From NCBI GenBank assembly GCA_027317865.1, contig DAHVQG010000010.1, positions 32,001 through 96,000 of the forward strand: DNA of 64,000 nucleotides, in the 5' to 3' direction. The notes beneath the pieces were generated by a model. The model was not told the origin of the DNA. It saw only the letters and a program-made list of their open reading frames with translations, and did no database searches. The number at the start of each line of letters is the position of its first letter. Positions within the stretch are counted from its first letter, which is position 1. This document shows positions 19,639 to 31,121 of the stretch, one piece after another. The DNA comes from Bdellovibrionales bacterium (GTDB lineage: Bacteria > Bdellovibrionota > Bdellovibrionia > Bdellovibrionales > UBA1609). Position numbers and translations under genes: made by a program.

Positions 19639-20601
19639 TCATGGGTATCGTAACGTTATGGGTTTACCCAGCTGACCTGGTACGCCGAGGTCATGGCCAT
19701 TTTTAATAATGTCGATCATCCCTCCGTCCGTTGCGCTTATAACGACGCGTTCATTCGTTTTGATCGTGTGAACAGCTTGCGGCACCAATTGAATGGTTTG
19801 CGGCGGAGTCTTACCGACTTGAAGGGTCACGGTTACATTATCAAGCGCTTCAATTATAAGCTGTAGGGTTGGTTGAGGTGGTTTCACCGGCACAATTTTT
19901 TGCCGTGTTGAAATATTAGTTGTCGGTTTCGCATTTGTATTAACCGAGGTTTTCGTGGTGGGTTTTTGAGTCGATTTGATAGGCGCGGGCGGTTGCTTTT
20001 GAGTTGTTAGCGGTTTTTGAGGTGTCGAATGTAACGACTGTGTATTTGCTTGGCCGTTGCGGGTTACCGTTTCAACTGGGGGAGCCAGCACCCCGTGTGG
20101 CAAAGTTGTCGTAACTGTCGGAGTGGTTTTTTCGCGCTCATATTTATCTTTGAGTTTTTTAACGAAAATAACGAGTCCAACGAGTATAAAAATGGCGGCA
20201 AATATCATTATCCGTGAAGCCAAGGAGCGCTCATTCATAGAGCTTTTACTAATGGCCTGCGGTTTATTTTCTTGAGGGCGAGACTCATGAACTACGCCCG
20301 CTTCGTTAGCAGAGGCGGTATCGGGCTCGTCGGCAAAGCGGGCACGACCACTATCCGTGCGCATTGCGCCATAAGCGGCCAAAATCGGTTCGGCATCGAT
20401 TTTCAAATATGCGGCATACGAGCGGATAAACCCGCGGGCAAAAGATTTCGCCGGAAGGGCATCTCGGTCACCCTCTTCGAGCGCTTTTAAAATACGCGCA
20501 TTGATTTTTGTCGCAAGGGCAACGTCTTGCAAAGATAATCCCAAGCGCTCACGGGTCGCGCGCAGTTCTTGACCTGGATTTTTAATTTCTGTCTCTGTCA
20601 T
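19639..20601 (-). CDS. rodZ: RodZ-like helix-turn-helix membrane protein
   Basis: HTH (ALEEG..LP..FARGFIRSYA), TM, P/T-rich linker, C-terminal NG..LG.PG domain. Confidence 0.85.
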   Translation of the reverse strand: MTETEIKNPGQELRATRERLGLSLQDVALATKINARILKALEEGDRDALPAKSFARGFIRSYAAYLKIDAEPILAAYGAMRTDSGRARFADEPDTASANEAGVVHESRPQENKPQAISKSSMNERSLASRIMIFAAIFILVGLVIFVKKLKDKYEREKTTPTVTTTLPHGVLAPPVETVTRNGQANTQSLHSTPQKPLTTQKQPPAPIKSTQKPTTKTSVNTNAKPTTNISTRQKIVPVKPPQPTLQLIIEALDNVTVTLQVGKTPPQTIQLVPQAVHTIKTNERVVISATDGGMIDIIKNGHDLGVPGQLGKPITLRYP

Positions 20602-21404
20602 TTTAAAATCTCCAACATTTTTTGAGCCTGCGCCGCATATCGACTTGTCGGGAATAGACTCACAAGTTCTTTAAATCGCGCGCGTGCCTGGTCCATTTCT
20701 CCGAGTTTATAAAAGCTCATGCCACTATAAAAGTGCGGTTGATCGAATTTGGACTTTCCGCAGATTCGAATTGCCTGATCGAGGCTCTCGGCCGCACTTT
20801 TGTAATCTTTCAGGGAATAAAGGGTGCGTCCGTAAATATCCATTGTTTTGCAGCTATCATGGCGAGCCTGCAAACTGTTTTCTAAAGCCACTTTAGCCTG
20901 TTTGTATTGTCGGTCGTAAAAGTAAGCTTGGCCCAAATTTGACCACGATTTGGCCGGATGATTGTAAGTAAGATCAGCCGTGGCAAGCTTTAGCTCCCGA
21001 ATAGCCTTTTTGTATAATCCCACGGTAATGTAGAGGCGGCCTAAATTATTTTCAGCTTCGGTAAACTTGGGGCGAAGTTCAAGTGCGCGTTTAAAATGTT
21101 TTTGTGCATGATTAAAACGCCGGCGTACATAGTAGGCTAATCCAAGATTGTTTTGTGTGGAGGCATTGTCGGGATTAAGTTTTTGGCTTCGAAGAAGTGC
21201 TTTCAATGCGAGAGGATAATCGCCGCGAACGAGATAAGTTGTACCGAGTTCGAGATACAGATTGGCCTTTTCGCGGTCACGGGGGCTCACGGTTGAGCAA
21301 GCCGTGAGCGTGATGCTCGTGACCAAGCAAAACAATAACGCTGCAGATTTAGGCATCCTACTTAATCGCATAACTTTTGTGCTCCGCGTGGCAGAAATAG
21401 GCAC
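20598..21404 (-). CDS. TPR lipoprotein (PilF/PilW/Tgl-like pilotin)
   Basis: Lipobox LTAC, multiple TPRs (NNLG), ndk-rodZ neighbourhood. Confidence 0.8.
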   Translation of the reverse strand: MPISATRSTKVMRLSRMPKSAALLFCLVTSITLTACSTVSPRDREKANLYLELGTTYLVRGDYPLALKALLRSQKLNPDNASTQNNLGLAYYVRRRFNHAQKHFKRALELRPKFTEAENNLGRLYITVGLYKKAIRELKLATADLTYNHPAKSWSNLGQAYFYDRQYKQAKVALENSLQARHDSCKTMDIYGRTLYSLKDYKSAAESLDQAIRICGKSKFDQPHFYSGMSFYKLGEMDQARARFKELVSLFPTSRYAAQAQKMLEILK

Positions 21405-22537
21405 ACTATTTCAAGATATTCCGTTTGCGGGAACATATCAATTGCCGTGACCTCCTCAAGCGTGAAAGTGTCGAGCAGAAGTCCCACATCGCGTTCCAGT
21501 GCTCCAAGATCACACGAGACTAGGATGACGCCTCGGGGATGCACGCGTGTGAGTTCAAAAATGACTTTTTTGCCAAGACCCGCGCGGGGCGGGTCGAGAA
21601 TAAAAACAGATTGGGAGGCATCATTTTGCCGAAGTTTTCGAAGGTATTGAAGGGCGTCGCCTGGTATAAATTCGGCCCGAGATTGAAACCCGCTGCTTTT
21701 TGCGATTTCGCGAGCTCGAGTAACGGCTTCAGGGGACGACTCGACTCCGGTTGCCGCAAGCGATTCAAAGCGCGTCAGAACCGGAAAACTCAGGTTGCCG
21801 CTACCGCAATAGAAATCGAATAAGTGTATTGGCTGTGGAGAGATTTGTTCTATATATCTCAAGACAGACTCTTGTAGGGCCCCATTTTGTTGGGTATTCA
21901 CTTGAGAAAAGGCCGGCCCAGAATCGTCAATCCGACGTATGTGCCGTTGACTGGAGCCGTCAAATGATAGCTCATAAGTCCCGTCGTCTAGATTTTTGGG
22001 GAAGTGTTCAAGAAGCGCCTTTTCGGCAATTAAACAATCGTTGATTGCGACTAGGTTGCGAGAGTTCTTTTCGTAAAAGCCAAAACTTGAGTTTTTCACG
22101 TGTACTTGTACGCGGTTTCGATAGCGAAATTCTTGAGGTGCCGCGATCATCTGAAAATTGTAGGCTGTTGAACGGTTCGCTTTTTTAATCGCAAGGTCGA
22201 GATTGCGTTTCAAAAGTTGCTCTTTTTGCCTGAGCTGTTCGTCGTAATGAATGTGTTGCCATGTACACCCGCCACATTTTTGAGCCACTGGGCAGGGCGA
22301 TTCGCGTCGATAAGGCGAAGGTTCGATAATTTGTAGAAGTTGTGCTTCGGCAAAGTTCTTTTTAATTGTCGTTATTTCAACTTCGGCGAGTTCATCAGGG
22401 GCCGTATCGGACACAAACACGACAAGACCGCCATCAAAACGGCCGACCCCGCGGCCACCGTTATATGATAGCCGGTCAATTTTTAAACGAATTTTGTCAC
22501 CGATTTTAACTGGCACCTTAGCGGTTAACGAACTCAT
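21362..22537 (-). CDS. rlmD: RlmD-like 23S rRNA (uracil-5)-methyltransferase
   Basis: TRAM domain, C-x5-CGGC Fe-S motif, FSQVN, DPPRAG, VSC and DMFPQT. Confidence 0.85.
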   Translation of the reverse strand: MSSLTAKVPVKIGDKIRLKIDRLSYNGGRGVGRFDGGLVVFVSDTAPDELAEVEITTIKKNFAEAQLLQIIEPSPYRRESPCPVAQKCGGCTWQHIHYDEQLRQKEQLLKRNLDLAIKKANRSTAYNFQMIAAPQEFRYRNRVQVHVKNSSFGFYEKNSRNLVAINDCLIAEKALLEHFPKNLDDGTYELSFDGSSQRHIRRIDDSGPAFSQVNTQQNGALQESVLRYIEQISPQPIHLFDFYCGSGNLSFPVLTRFESLAATGVESSPEAVTRAREIAKSSGFQSRAEFIPGDALQYLRKLRQNDASQSVFILDPPRAGLGKKVIFELTRVHPRGVILVSCDLGALERDVGLLLDTFTLEEVTAIDMFPQTEYLEIVCLFLPRGAQKLCD

Positions 22538-22943
22538 CGGGCCTAAAAAAAAGTTTAAGCTCGCGCTCGGCGCTTGTCGCACTGTCGCTGCCGTGCACTG
22601 CATTTTCGCCAACGCTATCGCCCCAAAGAGCGCGAATGGTTCCGGCGGCGGCCTTTTTGGGGTCAGTCGCGCCCATGATTTCGCGGTTTCTCGTAACGGC
22701 GTTTTCACCAGTTAGAGCCATCAAAAGGACTGGGCCAGAGGTCATAAAGCGAACCACTTCGGGGAAAAACGGACGAGCCTTGTGTTCGGCATAAAACTCT
22801 TCGCACTGTCCTTTTGTGAGCTTCACAAGCTTTGCCGCAGCGATTTTGAGCCCATTTTTTTCAAATTTATCGATGATTGCGCCAATGGCGTTTTTTTTCA
22901 CAGCGTTTGGTTTAATGATACTGAATGTTGTTTCTACGGCCAT
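22518..22943 (-). CDS. ndk: Nucleoside diphosphate kinase
   Basis: TFSIIKP, FMTSGP and NAVHGSDS. Confidence 0.98.
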   Translation of the reverse strand: MAVETTFSIIKPNAVKKNAIGAIIDKFEKNGLKIAAAKLVKLTKGQCEEFYAEHKARPFFPEVVRFMTSGPVLLMALTGENAVTRNREIMGATDPKKAAAGTIRALWGDSVGENAVHGSDSATSAERELKLFFRPDEFVNR

Positions 22944-23136
22944 AATTGCTCCTTCGGTTATTCATGGTCCAATAATCACTGTCGAACAGCTCGAGGATTT
23001 ATCAAATAGTGCGTGTGACGTCACCTAGTGGTTGCCGAGTTTGCTGACTCAGCACAAGCGAAGCGTCAGGAGAAGATTTGCTTTGACAGCCACCGTATGC
23101 CCCGCGGTATGTGCTAATCTTGTATAGGGGAGAACT

Positions 23137-24003
23137 ATGAAAGCATTAAAGTCACTAGTATCATTTAAATTGCTACTTGTTTTAGGACTCACTTCATTAA
23201 TGACGACAGGGGCTTGGGCAAGTGGGCAAAGCGCACCAACTGTGGCCGCGACCACGGTCAATATAAATTTGATCAACAAGGAACTCGCGAGTCTTCTACA
23301 GAAGTACAACAATAAGACGACAAAAATGAGCGCCACCCTCGATGGGGCCACCGTTGACGCCAATCGCGCAACGGGTTTAGCTGTGACAGTTAAAGTTCAA
23401 AAAAACGGCGCGATCCCCGCCGCATTAACCGCGAACATCAATTATTCGTACCCGGAGTCAAAATTAAATCCGCTACTTGGTTTTGGAGCCAATTTAGCGA
23501 CGCCAAACGGGGGGCTGCGAAAGATTCTTGTAAATCTTGGCATGCAACCGCAAAAGATCGACGCGTTTATGAAGCAGTTGCCGGCCATTCTTCAACAACA
23601 GATTTTGTATATGCTGAGTCATCAATATGGCGACGCGGTTGCCGTTTCAGCGCACGCTGAAGGGGTTCAAAAAGATAAGGCGAATCATTACGTTGCGGAG
23701 AATATTGGGATGCGGGTCACAACAAATCCCGCTAAATTACCTCCCGAATTGGGTGCGGATGAGCTTGCGCTGACTTCTGCAAATCTAAATTTATATGTAA
23801 ATTTAAAAAATGGCGCCAAGGTATCAGGGGTGGTTGTACTGAACCCGAAATTTATTGATTTTCAGCCCAATCGATTGGGCTTGAAGCAATATATTGAAGA
23901 ACTAGAAAAAAATGACCCACAAGCTCTCGACACGATTAAAACTTATGTGCAAGAAGCCGACGATTTTTTGGATGCAGCATTGCATCCTAACAACGGCTAT
24001 TAG
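23137..24003 (+). CDS. Secreted hypothetical protein
   Basis: RBS GGGGAG and AWA signal peptide; family not recognised. Confidence 0.7.
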   Translation: MKALKSLVSFKLLLVLGLTSLMTTGAWASGQSAPTVAATTVNINLINKELASLLQKYNNKTTKMSATLDGATVDANRATGLAVTVKVQKNGAIPAALTANINYSYPESKLNPLLGFGANLATPNGGLRKILVNLGMQPQKIDAFMKQLPAILQQQILYMLSHQYGDAVAVSAHAEGVQKDKANHYVAENIGMRVTTNPAKLPPELGADELALTSANLNLYVNLKNGAKVSGVVVLNPKFIDFQPNRLGLKQYIEELEKNDPQALDTIKTYVQEADDFLDAALHPNNGY

Positions 24004-24026
24004 ATCTCTAAAGTATGTTGTGGATT

Positions 24027-24896
24027 TTAGCCGAGCGCTTCTTTTAAAGTACTGCCGAGTGTGGCAGGGCTTTTGGCAATTCGGCAACCGGCCGACTCAA
24101 GAGCCGCAAATTTAGCTGCAGCTGTGCCTTTTCCGCCACTAATAATAGCTCCGGCGTGACCCATTCTTTTGCCAGGCGGCGCGGTTGTCCCGGCTATAAA
24201 GGCGGCGACCGGTTTTTTAAATTCACGTTTAATGTATTCCGCCGCTTCTTCTTCTGCCGTTCCGCCGATTTCGCCGATCATTATGACCGCGTCGGTGTTT
24301 GCGTCGCGGTTAAACATTTCAAGAACATCAATAAAATTGGTTCCATTCACTGGGTCACCGCCAATACCGACACATGTCGATTGGCCAAGGCCCAAATTTG
24401 TAAGCTGCCACACGGCTTCGTAGGTAAGCGTGCCAGAGCGAGAAATAACACCGATGCGGCCGGGTTTATGAATGTGCCCTGGCATAATGCCGATTTTACA
24501 TTCACCAGGTGTGATAACGCCTGGGCAATTGGGTCCGATGAGGCGAGATTTTGATCCTTGCAGATAGCGTTTTACTTGAACCATATCCAGAACAGGAATG
24601 CCTTCTGTGATGCAAACGATGAGTTCAAGTTCTGCGTCAATGGCTTCCATTATTGAGTCGGCCGCAAACGGCGGGGGAACATAAATCACAGACGCCGTAG
24701 CGCCCGTCTTCTTAACGCATTCTTCAACCGTGTTAAATACCGGAAGGCCCAAATGGGTTTGGCCGCCCTTGCCTGGCGTTACGCCGCCGACCATTTTAGT
24801 GCCGTATTTTATAGCCTGCTCCGAGTGAAATGTTCCGTTTTGTCCGGTAAAGCCTTGGCACAAAACCTTCGTGTTTTTATTAACAAAAATAGACAT
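24027..24896 (-). CDS. sucD: Succinyl-CoA synthetase alpha subunit
   Basis: [15 protein letters not shown] and MGHAGA. Confidence 0.98.
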   Translation of the reverse strand: MSIFVNKNTKVLCQGFTGQNGTFHSEQAIKYGTKMVGGVTPGKGGQTHLGLPVFNTVEECVKKTGATASVIYVPPPFAADSIMEAIDAELELIVCITEGIPVLDMVQVKRYLQGSKSRLIGPNCPGVITPGECKIGIMPGHIHKPGRIGVISRSGTLTYEAVWQLTNLGLGQSTCVGIGGDPVNGTNFIDVLEMFNRDANTDAVIMIGEIGGTAEEEAAEYIKREFKKPVAAFIAGTTAPPGKRMGHAGAIISGGKGTAAAKFAALESAGCRIAKSPATLGSTLKEALG

Positions 24897-24944
24897 GTAA
24901 TTTTGCTCCCACAGTTGTGGCTTTGCGTTTTCGCCCAGCCAAAA

Positions 24945-26114
24945 TTATTTAACCGCCCGTACCGCAGCCACGATTTTTTTGGCGGCATCGTCCAAATCGT
25001 CGGCCGGAGTAATGTTAAGGCCGCTTTCTTTTAAGATTTTTTTGCCGAGCTCAACGTTGGTGCCTTGCAATCGAACAACGAGCGGATGCTTCAGCCCAAT
25101 TTCTTTGGTGGCTGCGATGACGCCTTCTGCGATCACATCGCACTTCATTATTCCGCCAAAAATATTAACCAAAATTCCTTTTACGTTCGGGTCTTTGAGG
25201 ATGATTTTAAACGCCGCCGTAACACGTTCTTTGTTGGCGCCGCCACCAACATCCAAGAAATTGGCAGGCGTTTCACCGTTGAGTTTGATAATGTCCATCG
25301 TTGCCATGGCTAGCCCTGCGCCGTTGACCATGCACCCGATAGTCCCATCAAGTTTTATGTATGAAAGCTCATGCATTTTGGCTTCCGTCTCGGTTGGGTT
25401 TTCTTCAGACAAATCCCGGTATTCTAAAAGATCGGGATGGCGAAAGAGCGCGTTGTCATCAAGATTCATTTTCGCGTCGAGCGCCACGATGTCGCCTTCT
25501 TTTGTCAGTACGAGCGGATTGATTTCAGAAAGACTGCAATCGGCTGACACAAAAGCCCGGTAAAGGCCAATAAAAGCTTTAACCGCTTTATTGACGGACC
25601 CAGCGGGAATTCCAATTTTAAACGCGAGTTGCCGTGCTTGAAAAGGTTGAAGACCGACGGCGGGGTCAACGATTACACGATGAATTTTTTCTGGAGTTTT
25701 AGCGGCAACTTCTTCGATTTCCATCCCGCCTTCGGAGCTAGCCATCAACGTAATTCGTCCATAGTGGCGATCGACGAGTGCTGAGACGTAATATTCTTTT
25801 TGAATATTGCATCCCTGCTCAATGAGCGCTTTAAGCACTTTTTTGCCTTCGGGGCCGGTTTGATGGGTAACAAGGTTCATGCCTATAATTTTTTTGGCAT
25901 TCTCGCGCACTTCATCGAGTGATTTGGCGAGCTTCACGCCACCGCCCTTGCCACGACCGCCGGCGTGAATTTGCGCTTTGACTACCCAAATCGAGCCGCC
26001 GAGTTTTTCGGCGGCGGCTACAGCTTCATCGGCATTGGCGGCGACAACTCCTTTTAAAGTCGGCACGCCGTATTTACGTAAAATTTCTTTTGCCTGATAT
26101 TCGTGAATATTCAA
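24945..26114 (-). CDS. sucC: Succinyl-CoA synthetase beta subunit
   Basis: [20 protein letters not shown] and [11 protein letters not shown]. Confidence 0.98.
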   Translation of the reverse strand: MNIHEYQAKEILRKYGVPTLKGVVAANADEAVAAAEKLGGSIWVVKAQIHAGGRGKGGGVKLAKSLDEVRENAKKIIGMNLVTHQTGPEGKKVLKALIEQGCNIQKEYYVSALVDRHYGRITLMASSEGGMEIEEVAAKTPEKIHRVIVDPAVGLQPFQARQLAFKIGIPAGSVNKAVKAFIGLYRAFVSADCSLSEINPLVLTKEGDIVALDAKMNLDDNALFRHPDLLEYRDLSEENPTETEAKMHELSYIKLDGTIGCMVNGAGLAMATMDIIKLNGETPANFLDVGGGANKERVTAAFKIILKDPNVKGILVNIFGGIMKCDVIAEGVIAATKEIGLKHPLVVRLQGTNVELGKKILKESGLNITPADDLDDAAKKIVAAVRAVK

Positions 26115-26126
26115 AACGGCTCCTTT

Positions 26127-27813
<1,687 letters not shown>

Positions 27814-27830
27814 TTTTTAAAGATTAAAAT

Positions 27831-27855
27831 AAAAAACCCTCGGGATTACCGAGGG
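27831..27855 (-). terminator. Rho-independent terminator of the 26-aa basic peptide gene
   Basis: Stem CCCTCGG/CCGAGGG with a 5-nt loop, followed on the minus strand by U6. Confidence 0.8.
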
Positions 27856-27883
27856 CCATTTCGTTTCGAAAAAAGCGCGACCG

Positions 27884-27964
27884 CTATTTTCTTTTGCGTG
27901 TCGTTTTACGAGTTGTTTTTTTCGTAGCTTTTTTCTTTGTAGCTTTTTTCTTTTTTCTTGCCAT
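27884..27964 (-). CDS. 26-aa protamine/histone H1-tail-like basic peptide MARKKKKATKKKATKKTTRKTTRKRK (not in the ORF track)
   Basis: RBS GAGGGG 5 nt upstream of ATG, repeated KKAT/TTRK units, TAG stop, own promoter and terminator. Confidence 0.78.
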   Translation of the reverse strand: MARKKKKATKKKATKKTTRKTTRKRK

Positions 27965-27988
27965 GTGATCCCCTCACTTTCTTCTTTG

Positions 27989-28018
27989 ACTATAGAGTGT
28001 GTAGAAAAAATACGTCAA
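27989..28018 (-). promoter_or_regulatory. Sigma70-type promoter for the basic peptide gene
   Basis: TTGACG-N18-TATAGT with A/T-tract-rich upstream DNA. Confidence 0.65.
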
Positions 28019-28151
28019 ACGATTTTTTCATAAAAGTTTCGATTTTTATTTTTTGTCGCACAAAATTTCTTTTTATCGCGCATGTTTTTTGCATTTCTTT
28101 TTTTTCGAGACGAATTTCACGCGAAAAATTGTTCGCGCGACGGAGTTTTGA

Positions 28152-28907
28152 GTGCGACACGCGATTGTTTTTATCGAAATGTCGGCCGGAATGATCACTT
28201 TAGTCCGAATTTTTGCACAAATTCGGAAAAATTCGCTCGTGTCCAACGAAGCGATGACAAAAATTGTCGCTGCTTTTTTTGTCTGCGAGTGTTTGCTCGC
28301 GCTTGTGCCGGCGCGATCAATGATTGCATTCACTATCTGTTGGTCTGTACCGATCGCAGTTGCATCTTTTTTGCCAACGATCATTCGACGCCGTCGCCGT
28401 CAGCACTTTTTGCGACACCGGATTTGGATTTTAAACTGTCTGATTTTAAATACACGCTTAGGAATTGGGCTTCGCCGCGCTCTTGTGCAGACGAGTGACC
28501 GTGCCGATTTCTATATCAAAACTCGGCTCCGCCAACTTCACGATCGCTTGATCACAGAAACTAAAGGAAGTTCGAGTCATGCTCCAATGGACCCTGTTTT
28601 GCACGAATTGTACGAAACTCTTTGGCTTTGCGAGAGCGAAGCTCATCTCACGGTTCAAAGATTGGTGAATTATCGCCAGAAAATAGAAATTTATGAAGAA
28701 TTTCGCCGCAAATCGGATCAGGCTTTGCACCAACTTCGCGCTCAAGCTTATGTGCTAACCGGACTTTATGCGGGGCTTTTGTTGTTTGTTATATCGCGGT
28801 TCGGTTTTACCCAACACGAAAGAGCCATAATGCTGTCGGCAATGTTGTTTTTACTTGGTGTATTTATAACTCTAAGACAGGGGCGAAATATAAAATGGAG
28901 CGTTTAG
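28152..28907 (+). CDS. Divergent TadB-like (T2SS-F-like) membrane protein; start uncertain
   Basis: N-terminal TMs, G.GLRRAL, and FRRKSDQALHQLRAQAYVL before two C-terminal TMs, as in TadB. Confidence 0.55.
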   Translation: MRHAIVFIEMSAGMITLVRIFAQIRKNSLVSNEAMTKIVAAFFVCECLLALVPARSMIAFTICWSVPIAVASFLPTIIRRRRRQHFLRHRIWILNCLILNTRLGIGLRRALVQTSDRADFYIKTRLRQLHDRLITETKGSSSHAPMDPVLHELYETLWLCESEAHLTVQRLVNYRQKIEIYEEFRRKSDQALHQLRAQAYVLTGLYAGLLLFVISRFGFTQHERAIMLSAMLFLLGVFITLRQGRNIKWSV

Positions 28908-29329
28908 CCCCGCCGCTTGAATTGTGCATTTCGCTACGTCTTGGTATCGAAAGCGGTCAGTCGGTCATGCGAGTCATTAAAAAGTTTAAAATGCACGGCC
29001 GAGATGAAATGTCGTGTGATCTTGCGATGGTGCTTGCGGCCTTTGAGCGCGGCGAAACGGTAAAACTTCGTCCCGAAACCAATAATTTGCTCTACCGACG
29101 TGCGCTATTAGAATTAATCGAGGCGGGGCTAAGGGGCGAACCGATTTTAAATCAACTCAAAGAACTTGAGACCGAGATCCTAAAAGCCTGCCACTCGGAC
29201 ATCGATAAATACGTGGCGGCATTGCCGATGCGTACGATGATTCCGCTTATGTTGATACAATTTCCGGCTTTTTTGTTGTTACTGTTGGGTCCCATTGTAA
29301 GCGAACTCATTAGGGGGTTAAGTTCATGA
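28895..29329 (+). CDS. Short TadC-like protein
   Basis: IESGQS, G.PI...L and C-terminal LPMRTMIPLMLIQFPAFLLLLLGP resembling the TadC C-terminus. Confidence 0.6.
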   Translation: MERLAPPLELCISLRLGIESGQSVMRVIKKFKMHGRDEMSCDLAMVLAAFERGETVKLRPETNNLLYRRALLELIEAGLRGEPILNQLKELETEILKACHSDIDKYVAALPMRTMIPLMLIQFPAFLLLLLGPIVSELIRGLSS

Positions 29330-29766
29330 ATAAACTCGTTGCGGGGGTATTTGTAACTATCAGCATCGTTTCTCTTTCATCAAAGGTCAGATGTGAATCT
29401 CGACTCGACATTCATCGGCTTGAAATTCAGGCAATGACCACGGCACAAACTGTTGCGGAGTTAAGAGGCCGCCTTGCAACGATTAAAAAATTGGCCACCG
29501 AAGAGTTGGCGTGCCGGATGCAACTAAAATATAAAATGCTCCCATATAGCTGTTATCGGGCGCGCGCATTGCGAATTGTAAACAGATGGCCTTTAGATGG
29601 CCGGATTTACAGTAATTTAAACGATCGTTGCTTACAAATTGCGGGGCGCACAAACGAACTTGATCTTAAAAAAATCCGGGTATTGCCGTCAAAATGTCGC
29701 ACAGTTGCGCGCTCGCGCATTCAAATTAACCGCTACAAAGCCGGACGGAGTTGGCAAGGAATTTGA
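29326..29766 (+). CDS. Secreted, basic, Cys-containing hypothetical protein
   Basis: Signal-like N-terminus, several Cys, translationally coupled. Confidence 0.6.
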   Translation: MNKLVAGVFVTISIVSLSSKVRCESRLDIHRLEIQAMTTAQTVAELRGRLATIKKLATEELACRMQLKYKMLPYSCYRARALRIVNRWPLDGRIYSNLNDRCLQIAGRTNELDLKKIRVLPSKCRTVARSRIQINRYKAGRSWQGI

Positions 29767-29781
29767 TAGACTCCAGCGCTG

Positions 29782-30855
29782 ATGGAGTCCGTTCTGACTA
29801 AACCATATCAGTATCGCATTGTGGAGTGCCTTGGCGAGGGGCTAAACAGCTGTGTTTACCGGGCTTTTAAACAATCAAACGAACTCAATGTGAGATTTGA
29901 GGTCGCGCTTAAAATTCTTAAGTCCAAGAATTTGGAAGCACTTTGGAGAAATGAGTTTGAGCGGCTCATCTGCGTCAAGTCGCGGCACTGCGTGGCACTT
30001 CATGGTTGGGAGTTAATTAACAACTCTCCCGCACTTGTTCTCGAATATGTACGAGGGGTCAATTTGGCCGAACTTGTGAAGTATGTCGAACTAAACAAAG
30101 AAAATATCGACTGCATCTATGGACAAGCGCGCCGCGGCCTTAGAGATTTGGCACAGGTGGCACTTTTTCACGGCGATTTAAATCTCAACAATATCATGGT
30201 TGATGACACGGGCGTCGTGAAGCTTGTGGATTTCGGCGTCCGAAACGGGCACAAAGACTACCTTGTCACACCTAAATTTGCCGCTCCTTCAGTACTTATG
30301 GGCGAAGAACCAAATATCGAAACCGATATATTTAGCCTCGAGGCAATTTGTCTAGAGATCGAGCTTAATCACTCAAGCCATGTGCCCGACGACGGCAGTG
30401 TAGGAGGTCCAAAGCAAGTTGGTAATGCACCGGAGTTTGCGACCCATGATCTGGCCAAAAAGGTTCGGATCGCCATGAAAAGGCGCGAGAATGGGCGGGT
30501 ACGAACGAACGCATACAAGGCGCCGCGTTCGTTCCGGTTATCGCGGCAAACATTATTTCAAAGTATTGGAGTCGGATTTATATGCCTATTTTTTTCTATT
30601 TTGTCTCAGGGTGATTCCACCCGGCATTTGCCGACGCCGCCAGCTCGTCTCATCGTGCGAACAGTGAAATGGGTGAAAATCGCTGTGAACGGGCACGACT
30701 ATGGATATTCGCCGGTAAACATCTCACTATCAGCGACGCGCATGGTTCATTTGCAATGGTTCGGATCGGCGGGCCAAGGGGGGCGCACGATTGCGCTCAT
30801 CCCAGGGCAAACTAAATTCTTAACAGACAATTTTTTTAGTCCTGACTCAAAATAA
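29782..30855 (+). CDS. Membrane Ser/Thr protein kinase with C-terminal PEGA-like domain
   Basis: LGEG, VALK, HGDLNLNN and DFG; TM; VNG..YGYSP. Confidence 0.85.
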   Translation: MESVLTKPYQYRIVECLGEGLNSCVYRAFKQSNELNVRFEVALKILKSKNLEALWRNEFERLICVKSRHCVALHGWELINNSPALVLEYVRGVNLAELVKYVELNKENIDCIYGQARRGLRDLAQVALFHGDLNLNNIMVDDTGVVKLVDFGVRNGHKDYLVTPKFAAPSVLMGEEPNIETDIFSLEAICLEIELNHSSHVPDDGSVGGPKQVGNAPEFATHDLAKKVRIAMKRRENGRVRTNAYKAPRSFRLSRQTLFQSIGVGFICLFFSILSQGDSTRHLPTPPARLIVRTVKWVKIAVNGHDYGYSPVNISLSATRMVHLQWFGSAGQGGRTIALIPGQTKFLTDNFFSPDSK

Positions 30856-30917
30856 ATTTCTTCACCTCACTAGTCTTTTGTGCTCAAATTCTAGGCTGAG
30901 AGGCGGGTCGAAGTAAA

Positions 30918-31121
30918 ATGACCAAAGAGGACCGCATATCGACGTTGGGCGCTTTAGTTGATGAAGTCACAAAAGATGACTACGACAAGAGACTTGTGCG
31001 AAGTTTAATGGAACGGCTCAACATTCCGTATTGCGAAGATCCTATGCAACTCCTCAATAATGTATTAAAAGGCATTCACGTTATTGAGGCACCTCAAGAT
31101 GACAGTTCAACACAACAATAA
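30918..31121 (+). CDS. Small hypothetical protein
   Basis: 67-aa ORF filling the gap and overlapping the metB start. Confidence 0.55.
   Translation: MTKEDRISTLGALVDEVTKDDYDKRLVRSLMERLNIPYCEDPMQLLNNVLKGIHVIEAPQDDSSTQQ

Noticed and set aside
28015-28083. 22-aa basic minus-strand ORF MRDKKKFCATKNKNRNFYEKIV
   Set aside because: No RBS, it overlaps the -35 box of the peptide promoter, and its composition is explained by A-tracts.
27884-28150. Short repeats and A/T tracts as a CRISPR array or replication origin
   Set aside because: No constant repeat-spacer periodicity and no DnaA-box cluster seen; the repeats are codons of the basic peptide plus promoter A-tracts.
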